Positions 9,938 through 19,631 are shown, counted from the first letter of the stretch. The stretch: DNA of 64,000 bases from Candidatus Dadabacteria bacterium CSP1-2 (GCA_001443445.1 LDXN01000008.1:3707-67706); one strand, 5' to 3'. A program made the numbers and translations. The notes: generated from the letters alone by a model not told the origin.

Positions 9938-10996
9938 TTACAAATTTAAATTTCGTAATAGCTTCCCCTTGTCTACATTTATTCCTTTTATAAGAGCAGG
10001 ATCTTCTTCAATCTTTCCTTCAGCAATTTGTAAAACGTATGGCAGTATGGCATTAGATAATGAATAAGTTGCAGTCCTTGAAACAAGAGAAGGAATATTC
10101 GTTACGCAGTAGTGGAGCACCCCATCAACGCTATATACGGGTGAATCAAGGTTCGTAGGATGACTTGTCTCCGAACACCCTCCCTGGTCAATTGCCACGT
10201 CCACAAAAACACTACCAGGTTCCATTCTCGAAATCATCTCTCCTGTAATAACCTTTGGTGCTTTTGATCCTGTTACAAGTACAGCGCCTATAACTAAGTC
10301 AGAGTCTCGAAGCTCTTTTTCTATCAATTCAGGGTAAGATGGAATTGTTTTAACCATGCCTTCAAATCTCTCATGAATAAACTCGAGCTTCTTAGGATTT
10401 TTATCTATTACCACAATCTCAGCACCGAGTCCAAGAGCCGAAAGAACAGCGTTGTATCCTACAGTCCCGACTCCGATAACAGTAACCTTCCCCGGTTTTA
10501 CCCCTGGGGCACCGCTTATTAAAACTCCCTTTCCACCACTTGGTCTCTCAAGAAAGCGAATCCCGATTTGTACTGAAAGTCTTCCTGCGATTCTGCTCAT
10601 GGGAGCAAGAAGAGGAAGTGAGCCGTCTGAAAGCTCCACAGTTTCAAAGGCTATAGCCATAACACCAGTTTTTTCAAGCGTTCTTGTAAGCTCGATATTC
10701 GCAGCAAGATGAAGATAAGAAAAAATAATGTGATCACTTCTAATGAGAGGATATTCCCCTGAAAGTGGCTCTTTTACCTTTACAATAAGTTTAGATTTAT
10801 TAAAAATATCCTCTTCGCTTTCAACTATTTCCGCTCCTGCTTTTTTGAACTCCTCATCACTTATACCGCTTCCTATTCCAGCACCCTTTTCTAACAGAAC
10901 GCGATGCCCTCTTTCAACTAATACCCTTGTTGTTTGGGGAGTAACGGCAACTCTATATTCGCGTACCTTTCTTTCTTTAGGAATTCCAATTATCAT
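9938..10996 (-). CDS. ald: alanine dehydrogenase
   Basis: 352 aa. N-terminus IGIPKERKVREYRVAVTP, NAD-binding VIGVGTVGYNA, and C-terminal TATYSLSNAILPYVL typical of Ald. Confidence 0.8.
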   Translation of the reverse strand: MIIGIPKERKVREYRVAVTPQTTRVLVERGHRVLLEKGAGIGSGISDEEFKKAGAEIVESEEDIFNKSKLIVKVKEPLSGEYPLIRSDHIIFSYLHLAANIELTRTLEKTGVMAIAFETVELSDGSLPLLAPMSRIAGRLSVQIGIRFLERPSGGKGVLISGAPGVKPGKVTVIGVGTVGYNAVLSALGLGAEIVVIDKNPKKLEFIHERFEGMVKTIPSYPELIEKELRDSDLVIGAVLVTGSKAPKVITGEMISRMEPGSVFVDVAIDQGGCSETSHPTNLDSPVYSVDGVLHYCVTNIPSLVSRTATYSLSNAILPYVLQIAEGKIEEDPALIKGINVDKGKLLRNLNL

Positions 10997-11173
10997 CGAG
11001 AGTTAGAATAGCATGAGTTTTAGAAGTCTCAACAATTTTGACCGGATAAAGACTGTTGATTAGAATTTATCGTTAGCCAAAGAGAACAAAGAGTTCACAG
11101 ATGTATGAATTTGATTAATCAGCAAACACAGTAGGAGGCGGTTCGCGAACTACAATAAATGCACGGGTATCTT

Positions 11174-11201
11174 GTAGGGGTACGTTGCAACGTGCCCCTA
11201 C
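11174..11201. repeat. REP-like palindrome GTAGGGGTACGTTGCAACGTGCCCCTAC (intergenic, ald-obg)
   Basis: Near-perfect 28-bp palindrome. 27/28 identical to the copy embedded in RAYT copy C at 46550-46577, and both are followed by TATC. Confidence 0.85.
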
Positions 11202-11316
11202 TATCTATCTCGGTGTTTGTATCCGATTAAATTTTCAAAGGCCATAATCAAACCTCTACTCTTTCTCTACGCTCTCTGTGCACTCTGTGGCTAAACTGGA
11301 AATGGTATAACTAACG

Positions 11317-12327
11317 ATGGTCAAATTTGTAGATGAAGCGAAAATCTATGTGAAATCAGGTCGCGGCGGAAAGGGATGTGTGAGTTTCAGGCGCGAGAAA
11401 TTCGTCCCCCGCGGCGGTCCAAACGGAGGGGATGGTGGAAATGGAGGAAGCGTAATACTTATTGCAAGACAAAATATGTCCTCTCTTCTAGATCATCGTT
11501 ATAAGCAGCACTACAAAGCCGAAAACGGAGAGCATGGAAGAGGAAAAGACCAGCACGGGAAAAACGCACCAACGCTTTTAGTTCCTGTTCCCGTTGGAAC
11601 CGTTGTAAAAGACTTTTTTACAGGCGAGATTCTGGGAGACCTTACCGAGGACGGTGATACCCTCGTTGTCGCAAAGGGCGGGCGCGGTGGAAGAGGAAAC
11701 GCAAGATTTGCGACACCAACAAACCGTGCCCCAAGATATGCAGAGCCTGGTGAGGAAGCAGAAGAAAGAACCCTGCTTCTCGAGTTGAAACTCCTTGCTG
11801 ATGTAGGAATCATAGGTTTTCCTAACGCAGGAAAGTCAACGCTGATATCTAGAATCTCGGCAGCACGTCCCAAAATCGCTGACTATCCTTTTACCACGCT
11901 TATTCCCAATCTGGGTGTTGTAAGCTATAACGAAGGAAAAACATTCGTTGTTGCTGATATTCCAGGACTTATTAAGGGGGCACACGAAGGAACTGGTCTT
12001 GGAATAAAATTCCTAAGACACATAGAACGCACTAAGGTTCTTATCCATCTACTTGATTTGTCTCCGTTAACAGAGAGAGACCCAATAGAAGATTATCACC
12101 AGATGAATGGGGAACTTAAGGCATACAGCGCCGACCTTATTAAAAAACCACAAATTATCGCGCCAAATAAGATTGACATAACAGAAGCGAGAGAAAAACT
12201 TAAGGAAATCAAGACCTATTTCAACAAACTAGGGATTGAAGTATTTCCGATTTCCTCAGCAACTGGAGAAGGTTTACAGGTGCTAATCAAAGAAGTAGGA
12301 AAGAGATTAGAAATACTTAGAAATTAA
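11317..12327 (+). CDS. obg: GTPase Obg
   Basis: Obg fold N-terminus ([17 protein letters not shown]...[14 protein letters not shown]) and G domain ([10 protein letters not shown]). Confidence 0.9.
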   Translation: MVKFVDEAKIYVKSGRGGKGCVSFRREKFVPRGGPNGGDGGNGGSVILIARQNMSSLLDHRYKQHYKAENGEHGRGKDQHGKNAPTLLVPVPVGTVVKDFFTGEILGDLTEDGDTLVVAKGGRGGRGNARFATPTNRAPRYAEPGEEAEERTLLLELKLLADVGIIGFPNAGKSTLISRISAARPKIADYPFTTLIPNLGVVSYNEGKTFVVADIPGLIKGAHEGTGLGIKFLRHIERTKVLIHLLDLSPLTERDPIEDYHQMNGELKAYSADLIKKPQIIAPNKIDITEAREKLKEIKTYFNKLGIEVFPISSATGEGLQVLIKEVGKRLEILRN

Positions 12328-12334
12328 CGCAGAA

Positions 12335-12973
12335 TCAACCACAGGCAACTATCTCTTTAAGTGAGCTATGTCTAAAAATTTCTTCTTCTAATACGTCTTT
12401 GGCAATTCTTTTTGGATTTTCTCTATCGAGGTGCCATTTTAATGGATTGTTTTGAATATATTCTCTGATTTTTTGTAATTCATCTTCATTACGGATTATA
12501 TGTTCATAATAATTACGTTGCCAGAATTTACGATGAAACGAGGGTAGTATATTGTGTTTTACCCCACGAATGTATTCGTTTGTGGTCATTGTTTTAAACC
12601 ATTGAATAATTTTACGTAGGGGCGAACCTATGTGTTCGCCCTGTAAATCCATGTCTTTGCCATTGTTATTTGGGCAGACACGCAGGTCTGCCCCAACATT
12701 TGTTTCAACAATTGTTATAATGCCATGAAAATGGTTGGGCATAATGATATATTCATCAATTTTTATATTTGTGAATTTGTTGGGTAATACCACCCACCAT
12801 TTTTCAATAATCTGCCCAGCAACATACAATTCCACTTTGTCATTTTTAATCTCGCCTAATAAACATTCTCTATTATGCGTGCAAATCGTTATAAAATACA
12901 CCCCCGGTTGTGAATAATCGTATTCTTTCAATCGTATTGACCTTCTATGATGAACATCAGGATTGTATTTCAT
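12335..12973 (-). CDS. REP-associated tyrosine transposase (RAYT, IS200-like HuH), copy A, intact frame
   Basis: 212 aa. N-terminal HRRSIRLKEYDYSQPGVYFIT, HuH motif MPNHFHGII, catalytic Tyr region WQRNYYEH. Carries an in-frame REP-like insert (12616-12694). Confidence 0.8.
   Translation of the reverse strand: MKYNPDVHHRRSIRLKEYDYSQPGVYFITICTHNRECLLGEIKNDKVELYVAGQIIEKWWVVLPNKFTNIKIDEYIIMPNHFHGIITIVETNVGADLRVCPNNNGKDMDLQGEHIGSPLRKIIQWFKTMTTNEYIRGVKHNILPSFHRKFWQRNYYEHIIRNEDELQKIREYIQNNPLKWHLDRENPKRIAKDVLEEEIFRHSSLKEIVACG
12616..12694. repeat. two REP-like hairpins inside the RAYT-A ORF (GTAGGGGCGAACCTATGTGTTCGCCC ... GGGCAGACACGCAGGTCTGCCCC)
   Basis: Palindromes read directly. The first unit is identical, as reverse complement, to the intergenic unit at 55041-55066. 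The insert length preserves the frame. Confidence 0.8.
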
Positions 12974-13098
12974 ACCGACCTTGCCATTTCTAACCTAAAC
13001 TCACACACAGACCAATATATCTCGTCTTGTTCCTGTTGTGTTAGACCAAGAATATCAAACACTACTTCCCCAGCGCTCAGCGGTTGGGTGGCGCAACC

Positions 13099-13320
13099 CT
13101 ACTTTGCAGATATGCTTTGTAATGTTCGCGCCCGAAGCCCAATAATCGTAATGCCTACAACTTCTTTTTTCTTCTCGTCGTAGCGAACGATAATGCCCTC
13201 GCCGATATCCGTTCCAACTGCTGGGCGGGGCTCGCCGACAGAAATGTAAAGCACATCCGCCTCCTCATCGTATTCCCAGCTTAGCGCTGGTGTACCCTCA
13301 AGGATTTTTAACGCTTCCAT
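13099..13320 (-). CDS. DUF2283-family small protein
   Basis: 73 aa. WEYDEEADVLYISVGEP matches the DUF2283 core. The ORF is visibly more GC-rich than its flanks. Confidence 0.55.
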   Translation of the reverse strand: MEALKILEGTPALSWEYDEEADVLYISVGEPRPAVGTDIGEGIIVRYDEKKKEVVGITIIGLRARTLQSISAK

Positions 13321-13321
13321 A

Positions 13322-13932
13322 TCACTTCCCTACATATACCTCGTGTTTAAAAATTTCATCTTCCAATGCATCTGTGGCAATTTTCTCTGGATTTTCTCTA
13401 TCTAAATGCCATCTTTGTGGATTATTTTGAATATATTCCCTGATTTTGTTTAATTCATCTTCTTTGCGGATAACGTGTTCATAATAATTTCGTTGCCAAA
13501 ATTTACCAACTATATCAATCCTATTTTCTTTTATGTACTTTAACCAATCATGTACGCATAGTGATTTAAACATTCCAATAATTTCACCAATTGTAGGGGC
13601 GGTCTTGCACCCGCCCTATTATTTGGGGCAATTGTAGGTGCAGGCCTTGCGCCTGCCCTATTATTTGGGGCAACCGCAAGGGTTGCCCCTACAAATATTA
13701 TCCCATGAATATGATTCGGCATAATGATGAACTCGTCTAGTTGTATATTGTCAAATCTGCTTGTTATTTCATGCCATTGCCGATTGACCATCTGCTTTAG
13801 TTGTGGATATTGTTCAAAATACAATTCTTTATTATCTGTACAAATCGTTATAAAATATGCCCCTGGCTGTGAATAATCGTATTCTTTCAATCGTATTGAC
13901 CTTCTATGATGAACATCAGGATAGTATTTCAT
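13322..13932 (-). pseudogene. RAYT copy B, split by a frameshift inside a REP-like insert (ORFs 13540-13932 and 13322-13573)
   Basis: The N-terminal ORF has HRRSIRLKEYDYSQPGAYFIT and MPNHIHGII and then reads through the REP units as VGATLAVAPNNRAGARP. The C-terminal ORF has WQRNYYEH and NNPQRWHLDRENP. The two frames overlap at 13540-13573. Confidence 0.75.
13593..13692. repeat. REP-like cluster of three hairpin units (with a tandem duplication) inside RAYT copy B
   Basis: GTAGGGGCGGTCTTGCACCCGCCC, GCAGGCCTTGCGCCTGC and GGGCAACCGCAAGGGTTGCCCCTAC. The motif CTATTATTTGGGGCAA is duplicated. Confidence 0.8.
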
Positions 13933-13942
13933 ACCGATTACA

Positions 13943-15076
13943 TTAAGTGTTACGATCTGATAGATAATCTTCTAAAGATTTATAAGTTTTTACAATCTTA
14001 AGTCCTTTAATTTCTAACCTTTTCTTTACCTCTTTTCGATTACGATCAACAAGTATTATCTCGCTTTTCTGAGGTAACATTGAAAGTAAAAGAAACGCAT
14101 TAGAATCCTCTGGTCTAAAACTGTATCCTATAATAACAAGTTCTTCAGTTTCTGACATAACTTTAATTGCAGATTGCCAAATTTCGTACATTTCTTTTCT
14201 TTCAAATGGCTTAATAAAAGAGGGCAACATACATCCTGGCCCATAGCCTCCTACATAACCCGGGTTTATTTTATCTGGATGTCTATCCAGTAATCCTTCA
14301 AAATGTAATTGATTACTTTCTCTATTGTCCATTACAATTACAATATAATCTCTACCACGCAGTTTCTCGATTGATCTAAGGCTAGGTGGTTCCCAATTAA
14401 TAGAACCATGCATCTTATGAATTCTTAATATGGAACACTTATTTCTTTTTTCTAAGCATTTCTTGTCCTCATCCCGTTCAAATTCTGAAACACCCACATA
14501 CCCATCCAAAGGAGACCAAATACCAGCACTAAGCAATGCTTTTTCTAAAACCAAATCGTAGTTAAATGTGATGACTTTATCACTTGAGTTGATAATTTTT
14601 GAAAACTTTTTAGCCAAGATATTTCCTTTAAGTCTAACAAAAACTAGGTAGAAATAGGTTTGAATAATATTTCTTATCCTTTCTAGTTCTGTTTTACTTG
14701 TAAACCACCAAGGTATCGCTGAATGAGGTTGAATATTAGATCCTTTTTTCTCAAACCGAATATTTGGACCATTTAGATGCAGGTCAATTAAAGTAATGAG
14801 ATATTCTAAGTTCTCTTTTATCTCGGTGGATATTTTATCAGAATCATACTTTTCAAATCGAGAAGTTGCTTCCTTTTCTAATCTTATTATGAAGTTATTT
14901 AAATTATTAAACCAATTAGCTCTCAACTCTTTATCTTCAGGATTTAAATCTTTTCTACTTTTTTCTCGTTTGTACGCTCTTTCTATACAACACCATAGTT
15001 CTTTCATCAAAGGACCATCAGCCACGGCCTTAGAAAATCCAGCACCTAACAAAAAGGTTCTGTTTATATTTCCCAT
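13943..15076 (-). CDS. standalone SIR2-like (SIR2_2 family) protein; candidate NAD-depleting defence effector
   Basis: 377 aa. N-terminal FLLGAGFSKA, ITFNYDLVLEKAL (TNYD-like), KMHGSINW (HGS motif) and C-terminal VIIGYSFRPEDSN, which match the SIR2_2 signature blocks recalled from memory. The ORF is AT-rich relative to its neighbours. Confidence 0.65.
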   Translation of the reverse strand: MGNINRTFLLGAGFSKAVADGPLMKELWCCIERAYKREKSRKDLNPEDKELRANWFNNLNNFIIRLEKEATSRFEKYDSDKISTEIKENLEYLITLIDLHLNGPNIRFEKKGSNIQPHSAIPWWFTSKTELERIRNIIQTYFYLVFVRLKGNILAKKFSKIINSSDKVITFNYDLVLEKALLSAGIWSPLDGYVGVSEFERDEDKKCLEKRNKCSILRIHKMHGSINWEPPSLRSIEKLRGRDYIVIVMDNRESNQLHFEGLLDRHPDKINPGYVGGYGPGCMLPSFIKPFERKEMYEIWQSAIKVMSETEELVIIGYSFRPEDSNAFLLLSMLPQKSEIILVDRNRKEVKKRLEIKGLKIVKTYKSLEDYLSDRNT

Positions 15077-15205
15077 CTACACACCAAATTGTCCAGTTTT
15101 ATGTTAATAGGGAAGTCCTCAAGTAGCAATGGTAAATCTTTGTGTTTAGTGAAGGGAGTTAAGAAAAGGTGGCAAATACGTTATCAAACCAAACCTAAAG
15201 TTAAA

Positions 15206-16069
15206 CTACACCCTTAGTCGGGCTTTTGCGATTTGGATTTGTTTTTGCCCCATATCCCTTGATCTCAATCTTTCCCATATAAAAACGCTCGTTATAGAGA
15301 CAAAGAGAATAATCGTTCCAACAGCGTTTATCTCTGGGGTCATTCCTCTTCGGAGCATTGCCCAAATCTGCATAGGAAGCGTGTTATCCCTTCCAGTGAG
15401 GAATATCGTCACGATGATTTCATCGAAAGATAAAGTAAATGCAAGTAAAGCTGCGCCAAGAAGAGCAGTTGTTATATTCGGAAGAACTACGCTGAAAAAT
15501 GCTCTCCATCTATTTGCCCCAAGGTCCATTGCCGCAAGAACCATAGATTTATCCATCGCTTTTAGACGTGCTAAAACCTCTAAATAAACTACTGGTATAC
15601 AGAATGTGATGTGTCCTATTGCCACTGTAATCAAAGAAAGATCAAACTTTGCAAACGAGCAAAAAAGAAGAAGTGCAACACCTGTTATGACACCTGGGAA
15701 AGTTATCGGCCATGTGGAAACCCTATGAAAAACGCCTTTTAGTGGGAATATGAACTCATCCATTGCAAGAGCAAGAAGGGTTCCCACAATCAGAGAAAAA
15801 ACAGTTGCAGCAATTCCCACTTTAATGCTGTTAAAGACTGCCTGCATCAGATCGTTATTATTTAGAAACTCCTTATACCAATAAAAAGTAAATTTCTTAA
15901 ATGGAAAATAACTGAAAGGGGCTTCGTTAAATGAAAATATAACTACGATAATAATGGGAGAATAAAGAACTAGGAAGAAGATAAACACATAGAGCCTGAG
16001 TATAAAATCTCCAGCACTAAATGATTTTGCTAGTTCGTGTGTTTTTTTAATCCTTAATTCTTCCTGCAT
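15206..16069 (-). CDS. potC: ABC transporter permease (PotC/PotI-like, polyamine)
   Basis: 287 aa, 6 TM, with an EAA-like loop (AAMDLGANRWRAFFSVVLPN). Confidence 0.8.
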   Translation of the reverse strand: MQEELRIKKTHELAKSFSAGDFILRLYVFIFFLVLYSPIIIVVIFSFNEAPFSYFPFKKFTFYWYKEFLNNNDLMQAVFNSIKVGIAATVFSLIVGTLLALAMDEFIFPLKGVFHRVSTWPITFPGVITGVALLLFCSFAKFDLSLITVAIGHITFCIPVVYLEVLARLKAMDKSMVLAAMDLGANRWRAFFSVVLPNITTALLGAALLAFTLSFDEIIVTIFLTGRDNTLPMQIWAMLRRGMTPEINAVGTIILFVSITSVFIWERLRSRDMGQKQIQIAKARLRV

Positions 16070-16101
16070 GATATTTATCTATGCCAAAATGTAATTTCAA
16101 T

Positions 16102-16206
16102 GTAGGAGCGCCATCCCTTCGACCGTTCGATCCTTCGATAAACTCAGGGCTCACGGCTCAGGAGACATGCTTGGCGCGACAGGTCGCGGCTAGAAGCCGC
16201 TCCTAC
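16102..16206. repeat. REP-like/MITE-like element with GTAGGAGCG...CGCTCCTAC termini in the potB-potC spacer
   Basis: 9-bp inverted termini about 90 bp apart, with an internal hairpin GCGCGACAGGTCGCGG. Confidence 0.7.
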
Positions 16207-16208
16207 CT

Positions 16209-17063
16209 TTATATCTCCATACCGCTATAACGTGCGGCAATCTTCTCGCTTATATAAAGTATGAAGGCCACGAGAAGTATCAGGACAAGACCATTTGCCG
16301 CTCCAAGTGTCCATTGAAACGCGCTTCCAAAAAGACTCCAAACGATATTTCCAATCATGATTCCCTCAGGACCTCCGACCAATAGGGCCGCGACAAAGTC
16401 ACCTACACTTAGAGCAAACACCGAGGTAATTCCTGCTATAACACCTGGAAGGGTCAGAGGAAATATAACGCGCCAGAAGGTTGTAAACCTTCCCGCTCCG
16501 AGATCATATGAAGCCTGAAGAAATTCGTCGGGGATTTTTTCAAGCATTGCATACACTGGGATGATTAAAAAGGCTATAAAAGCCATAGTAAGCACTAAAA
16601 TTAGGGCAAACTTGCTGTAAAGGAGAATACTAAGAGGTTCATCAATTACCCCGATAAAGAGTAAAAATTGGTTTATTACCCCGTTTGTCCCTAGAACTAT
16701 CTTCCATGCATATGCCCTTACAAGGTAACTAATCCAGAGTTGCATGATTATAAGAAGCAAAAGCAAATTTTTATATTTTTTAAGTCTATATGCAATGAAA
16801 AAGGCAACCGGATAACCTAGTATAAGTGCGAGTATTGAGACAGTAACCCCGATACCAACTGTTTTAAGGATAGTTCCATAGTAAAGAGGAGTTGTAAAAA
16901 TCTTTACGAAGTTCTTGAGTGTAAATTCCTTGATAATCGTTAGGTATTCTGTATCCCAGAACGAGTAGATAAGAAGCGAGCTGTATGCGAAGATCTCAAG
17001 AATAGTAATCCATAATATTGGAACTATAATTAGGACGATAAACTCGAGCCTTCTTCCCTTCAT
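16209..17063 (-). CDS. potB: ABC transporter permease (PotB/PotH-like)
   Basis: 284 aa, multi-TM, EAA loop (ASYDLGAGRFTTFWRVIFPLTLPG). Confidence 0.8.
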   Translation of the reverse strand: MKGRRLEFIVLIIVPILWITILEIFAYSSLLIYSFWDTEYLTIIKEFTLKNFVKIFTTPLYYGTILKTVGIGVTVSILALILGYPVAFFIAYRLKKYKNLLLLLIIMQLWISYLVRAYAWKIVLGTNGVINQFLLFIGVIDEPLSILLYSKFALILVLTMAFIAFLIIPVYAMLEKIPDEFLQASYDLGAGRFTTFWRVIFPLTLPGVIAGITSVFALSVGDFVAALLVGGPEGIMIGNIVWSLFGSAFQWTLGAANGLVLILLVAFILYISEKIAARYSGMEI

Positions 17064-17085
17064 GCCATTTAACTATAAAAATATT

Positions 17086-17167
17086 GTAGGGGCAACCCAT
17101 GCCTGTGGCGAGCCCAGTCGAGCCACGGTTGCCCAAAAGATAGGGCGGGTGCAAGACCCGCCCCTGC
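17086..17167. repeat. composite REP-like element (nested palindromes) in the potD-potB spacer
   Basis: GTAGGGGCAACC...GGTTGCCC encloses GTGGCGAGCCCAGTCGAGCCAC and is followed by GGGCGGGTGCAAGACCCGCCCCT. The last unit is identical to 62122-62144. Confidence 0.8.
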
Positions 17168-17220
17168 GGTTAACAACGCAATGACACTAAACCTTAAATA
17201 AAAAGAGACTTAGACCTAAT

Positions 17221-18312
17221 CTACTTTGCAGTCTTGAATGCCTGACGGACCTCGTTGTATTCGCCTTCATTTTGTATCGGCTGCCACCACTTGATCTTCT
17301 TTGAGGCCTCAACTATGTAGTTCGGGTCGTCAATATGTGTGAATGCCTTCTCGTCAGGTGTCATAAGTGGAGCAGCTTTTGGGTTAACTATGAAGTAGTT
17401 AGTTACCTTGAAGACTGCATACTGTCCCTCTGGGCTGATGGCAAAATTAATCCACTTCTCTGCCATGTCCTTATTCTTAGTTCCTTTTACAACCATCCAC
17501 TGGTCTATCCATCCCGAAGTACCTGGATCAGGGATGCACTCTGCCACAGGGATACCCTGCTTTTTAAGATCAAGGGTTATTATTGGCCAAGAGATTGAAG
17601 CTACAACCTCCTTGTTTGCAATAAGATTTGTAAGCTCACCGGCTGTTGACCAAAATGCCCTTATCTGCGGCCTCCACTGAATAAGAAGCTTCTTTGCCTC
17701 TTCAAGCTTCGCTTTATCCATGGTATAAGGGTCAGTACCAAGGAGGATCCCTGCCTGGAATACGGCTGTATTATCCTCACCAGGAACTGAGAGCTTCCCT
17801 TTATATTTCGGATCCTTGAAGATATCCCATGGGGGACAACTCGTAAAAACATCTGTGCGATAGGTTACTGGGTCTGGCCCCCAGGTGTAGTTTACGCCAT
17901 AGACCTGCCCATCCTTCTTGTTGTAATCCAGCTTTCTAAAGAACTCGAAGATATCATTGTAGTTGGGAACGTTTTTGAGGTCTATAGGCTGAACTAGGTC
18001 AGAGTCAATCATACGCTTTGGCAAGTTGCTTGAAAGTGCGACAAGGTCGTAGGAAGCGGCCCCACCTGCCTTTACCTTGGCGAAAAACTCATCCATGCCC
18101 CCAACGTATGTTCCCTTTACCTCAGCACCGTACTTTTCTAAAAACACCTTTGTGAAGGACTCATCTGTATAGCCCTCCCACACAAGGGCACTTAGCGTGA
18201 CTTTGGCAGCCTTTGAGGTCCCCGTCACAAAAAGTCCCACCAATAGCAAGGCTCCAATGAATAAAGCAGCGCCTGCTACTATCTGCTTCCTAAAATTTCC
18301 CTTCTTCTTCAT
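17221..18312 (-). CDS. potD: periplasmic polyamine-binding protein (PotD/PotF-like)
   Basis: 363 aa with a signal peptide and solute-binding family 1 architecture. Confidence 0.8.
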   Translation of the reverse strand: MKKKGNFRKQIVAGAALFIGALLLVGLFVTGTSKAAKVTLSALVWEGYTDESFTKVFLEKYGAEVKGTYVGGMDEFFAKVKAGGAASYDLVALSSNLPKRMIDSDLVQPIDLKNVPNYNDIFEFFRKLDYNKKDGQVYGVNYTWGPDPVTYRTDVFTSCPPWDIFKDPKYKGKLSVPGEDNTAVFQAGILLGTDPYTMDKAKLEEAKKLLIQWRPQIRAFWSTAGELTNLIANKEVVASISWPIITLDLKKQGIPVAECIPDPGTSGWIDQWMVVKGTKNKDMAEKWINFAISPEGQYAVFKVTNYFIVNPKAAPLMTPDEKAFTHIDDPNYIVEASKKIKWWQPIQNEGEYNEVRQAFKTAK

Positions 18313-18338
18313 GTTTCCTTACCTCCTTGATTAGGGAT

Positions 18339-19505
18339 TTAATTTTTTAAAACTATTGCATCCTCTATTTTCCAACAGAAATAAAGAGAATCTCCAATTG
18401 CAAGTTTTTGAAGCAGGGCATCACCCCCTCGCGCCTCAGCTTTTACCTCAAGACCGTTCCCTAAAGTAATTATGTAATCAACCAGAGAGCCTTCGTAGAT
18501 GGTTTCAACGAGTTTTCCCGGAATACAATTTAAATCGTTTGTTCCTTCAAGGTCTCTAAACAAAAATACCCTTTCAGGTCTAATGCCTACCGTTATGCTA
18601 TCGCTAACGTTTACCCTTTCCTTTGTTTTTACAAGAACCTCGCCAACGCCTTCAATCTGTACGATTGCCCTATTTCCTTCTGATCGTATTGCCTTTCCAT
18701 CAAGGAAATTCATCTCTCCTATAAATTCAGCAGCAAAACGTGTAGCAGGATTCTCGTATATTTCCATAGGCGTTCCAATCTGTACTATTTTCCCCTTGTC
18801 CAGAATAAGGATTCTGTCTGAAATGCTTAAAGCCTCCCCCTGGTCGTGGGTTACGTAGATGAAGGTTGAACCTATTCTCTCATGAAGGCTCTTGAGCTCA
18901 ATGAGAAGATGCTGTCTGATTTTTAGGTCAAGCGCGCTTAAAGGCTCATCAAGGAGAAGAACTTCAGGTTCTTTAATTAAAGCCCTTGCAAGCGCAACAC
19001 GCTGCTTCATTCCTCCAGAAAGGTGATGAGGCTCGCTCTTCTCCCACTGTTCAAGCTTCATAAGCCTAAGCATGTTCTTAACCTTTTCCTTAACAACCTC
19101 CTTTTTAACACTGTCAACCTTAAGACCATAGGAAATGTTGCCAAAAACATCCATGTGTGGAAAAAGCGCATAGTTTTGAAAAACCGTGTTCACATTTTTT
19201 CTCTTGTGCGGTGGTATACCATTTACTCGATTACCAAATATGTAAACGTCACCCTCTTCAGGCTCTTCAAACCCACCTAAGATCTTTAAGATTGTGGTTT
19301 TCCCACTACCCGATGGTCCAAGAAAGGAAAAAAGCTCACCCTTCTTTACTTCAAATGAGACGTTGTCAAGGGCAATGAAATCACCGTATCTTTTTGTGAC
19401 GTTCTCAAATACGATTGCTGGCTTCTCAACAGAGGGAAATACCTCCTTGCTTTCTCTTTGCGAATTTGCTTCTTCTTTTATAGCTAGCAATCTTTCTTGA
19501 CTCAT
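18339..19505 (-). CDS. potA: polyamine ABC transporter ATP-binding protein
   Basis: Walker A GPSGSGKTT, signature LSGGMKQRVALARAL, Walker B LLLDEPLSALD, and a TOBE-like C-terminal domain. Confidence 0.9.
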   Translation of the reverse strand: MSQERLLAIKEEANSQRESKEVFPSVEKPAIVFENVTKRYGDFIALDNVSFEVKKGELFSFLGPSGSGKTTILKILGGFEEPEEGDVYIFGNRVNGIPPHKRKNVNTVFQNYALFPHMDVFGNISYGLKVDSVKKEVVKEKVKNMLRLMKLEQWEKSEPHHLSGGMKQRVALARALIKEPEVLLLDEPLSALDLKIRQHLLIELKSLHERIGSTFIYVTHDQGEALSISDRILILDKGKIVQIGTPMEIYENPATRFAAEFIGEMNFLDGKAIRSEGNRAIVQIEGVGEVLVKTKERVNVSDSITVGIRPERVFLFRDLEGTNDLNCIPGKLVETIYEGSLVDYIITLGNGLEVKAEARGGDALLQKLAIGDSLYFCWKIEDAIVLKN

Positions 19506-19631
19506 TTGAAACCTGCAACTATTTAATCACAGATTAACACGAATTTACACTAATAAAATGATGCGACATCCATGATTCACGAATTATCTTATTCATCTTG
19601 CTTCCTGCATCTTGTATCTTGTATCTCATCC

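Noticed and set aside
12735-12917. 60-aa plus-strand ORFs inside RAYT copies A and C (also 46616-46798)
   Set aside because: They are antisense to well-supported RAYT ORFs and conserved only because the sense strand is.
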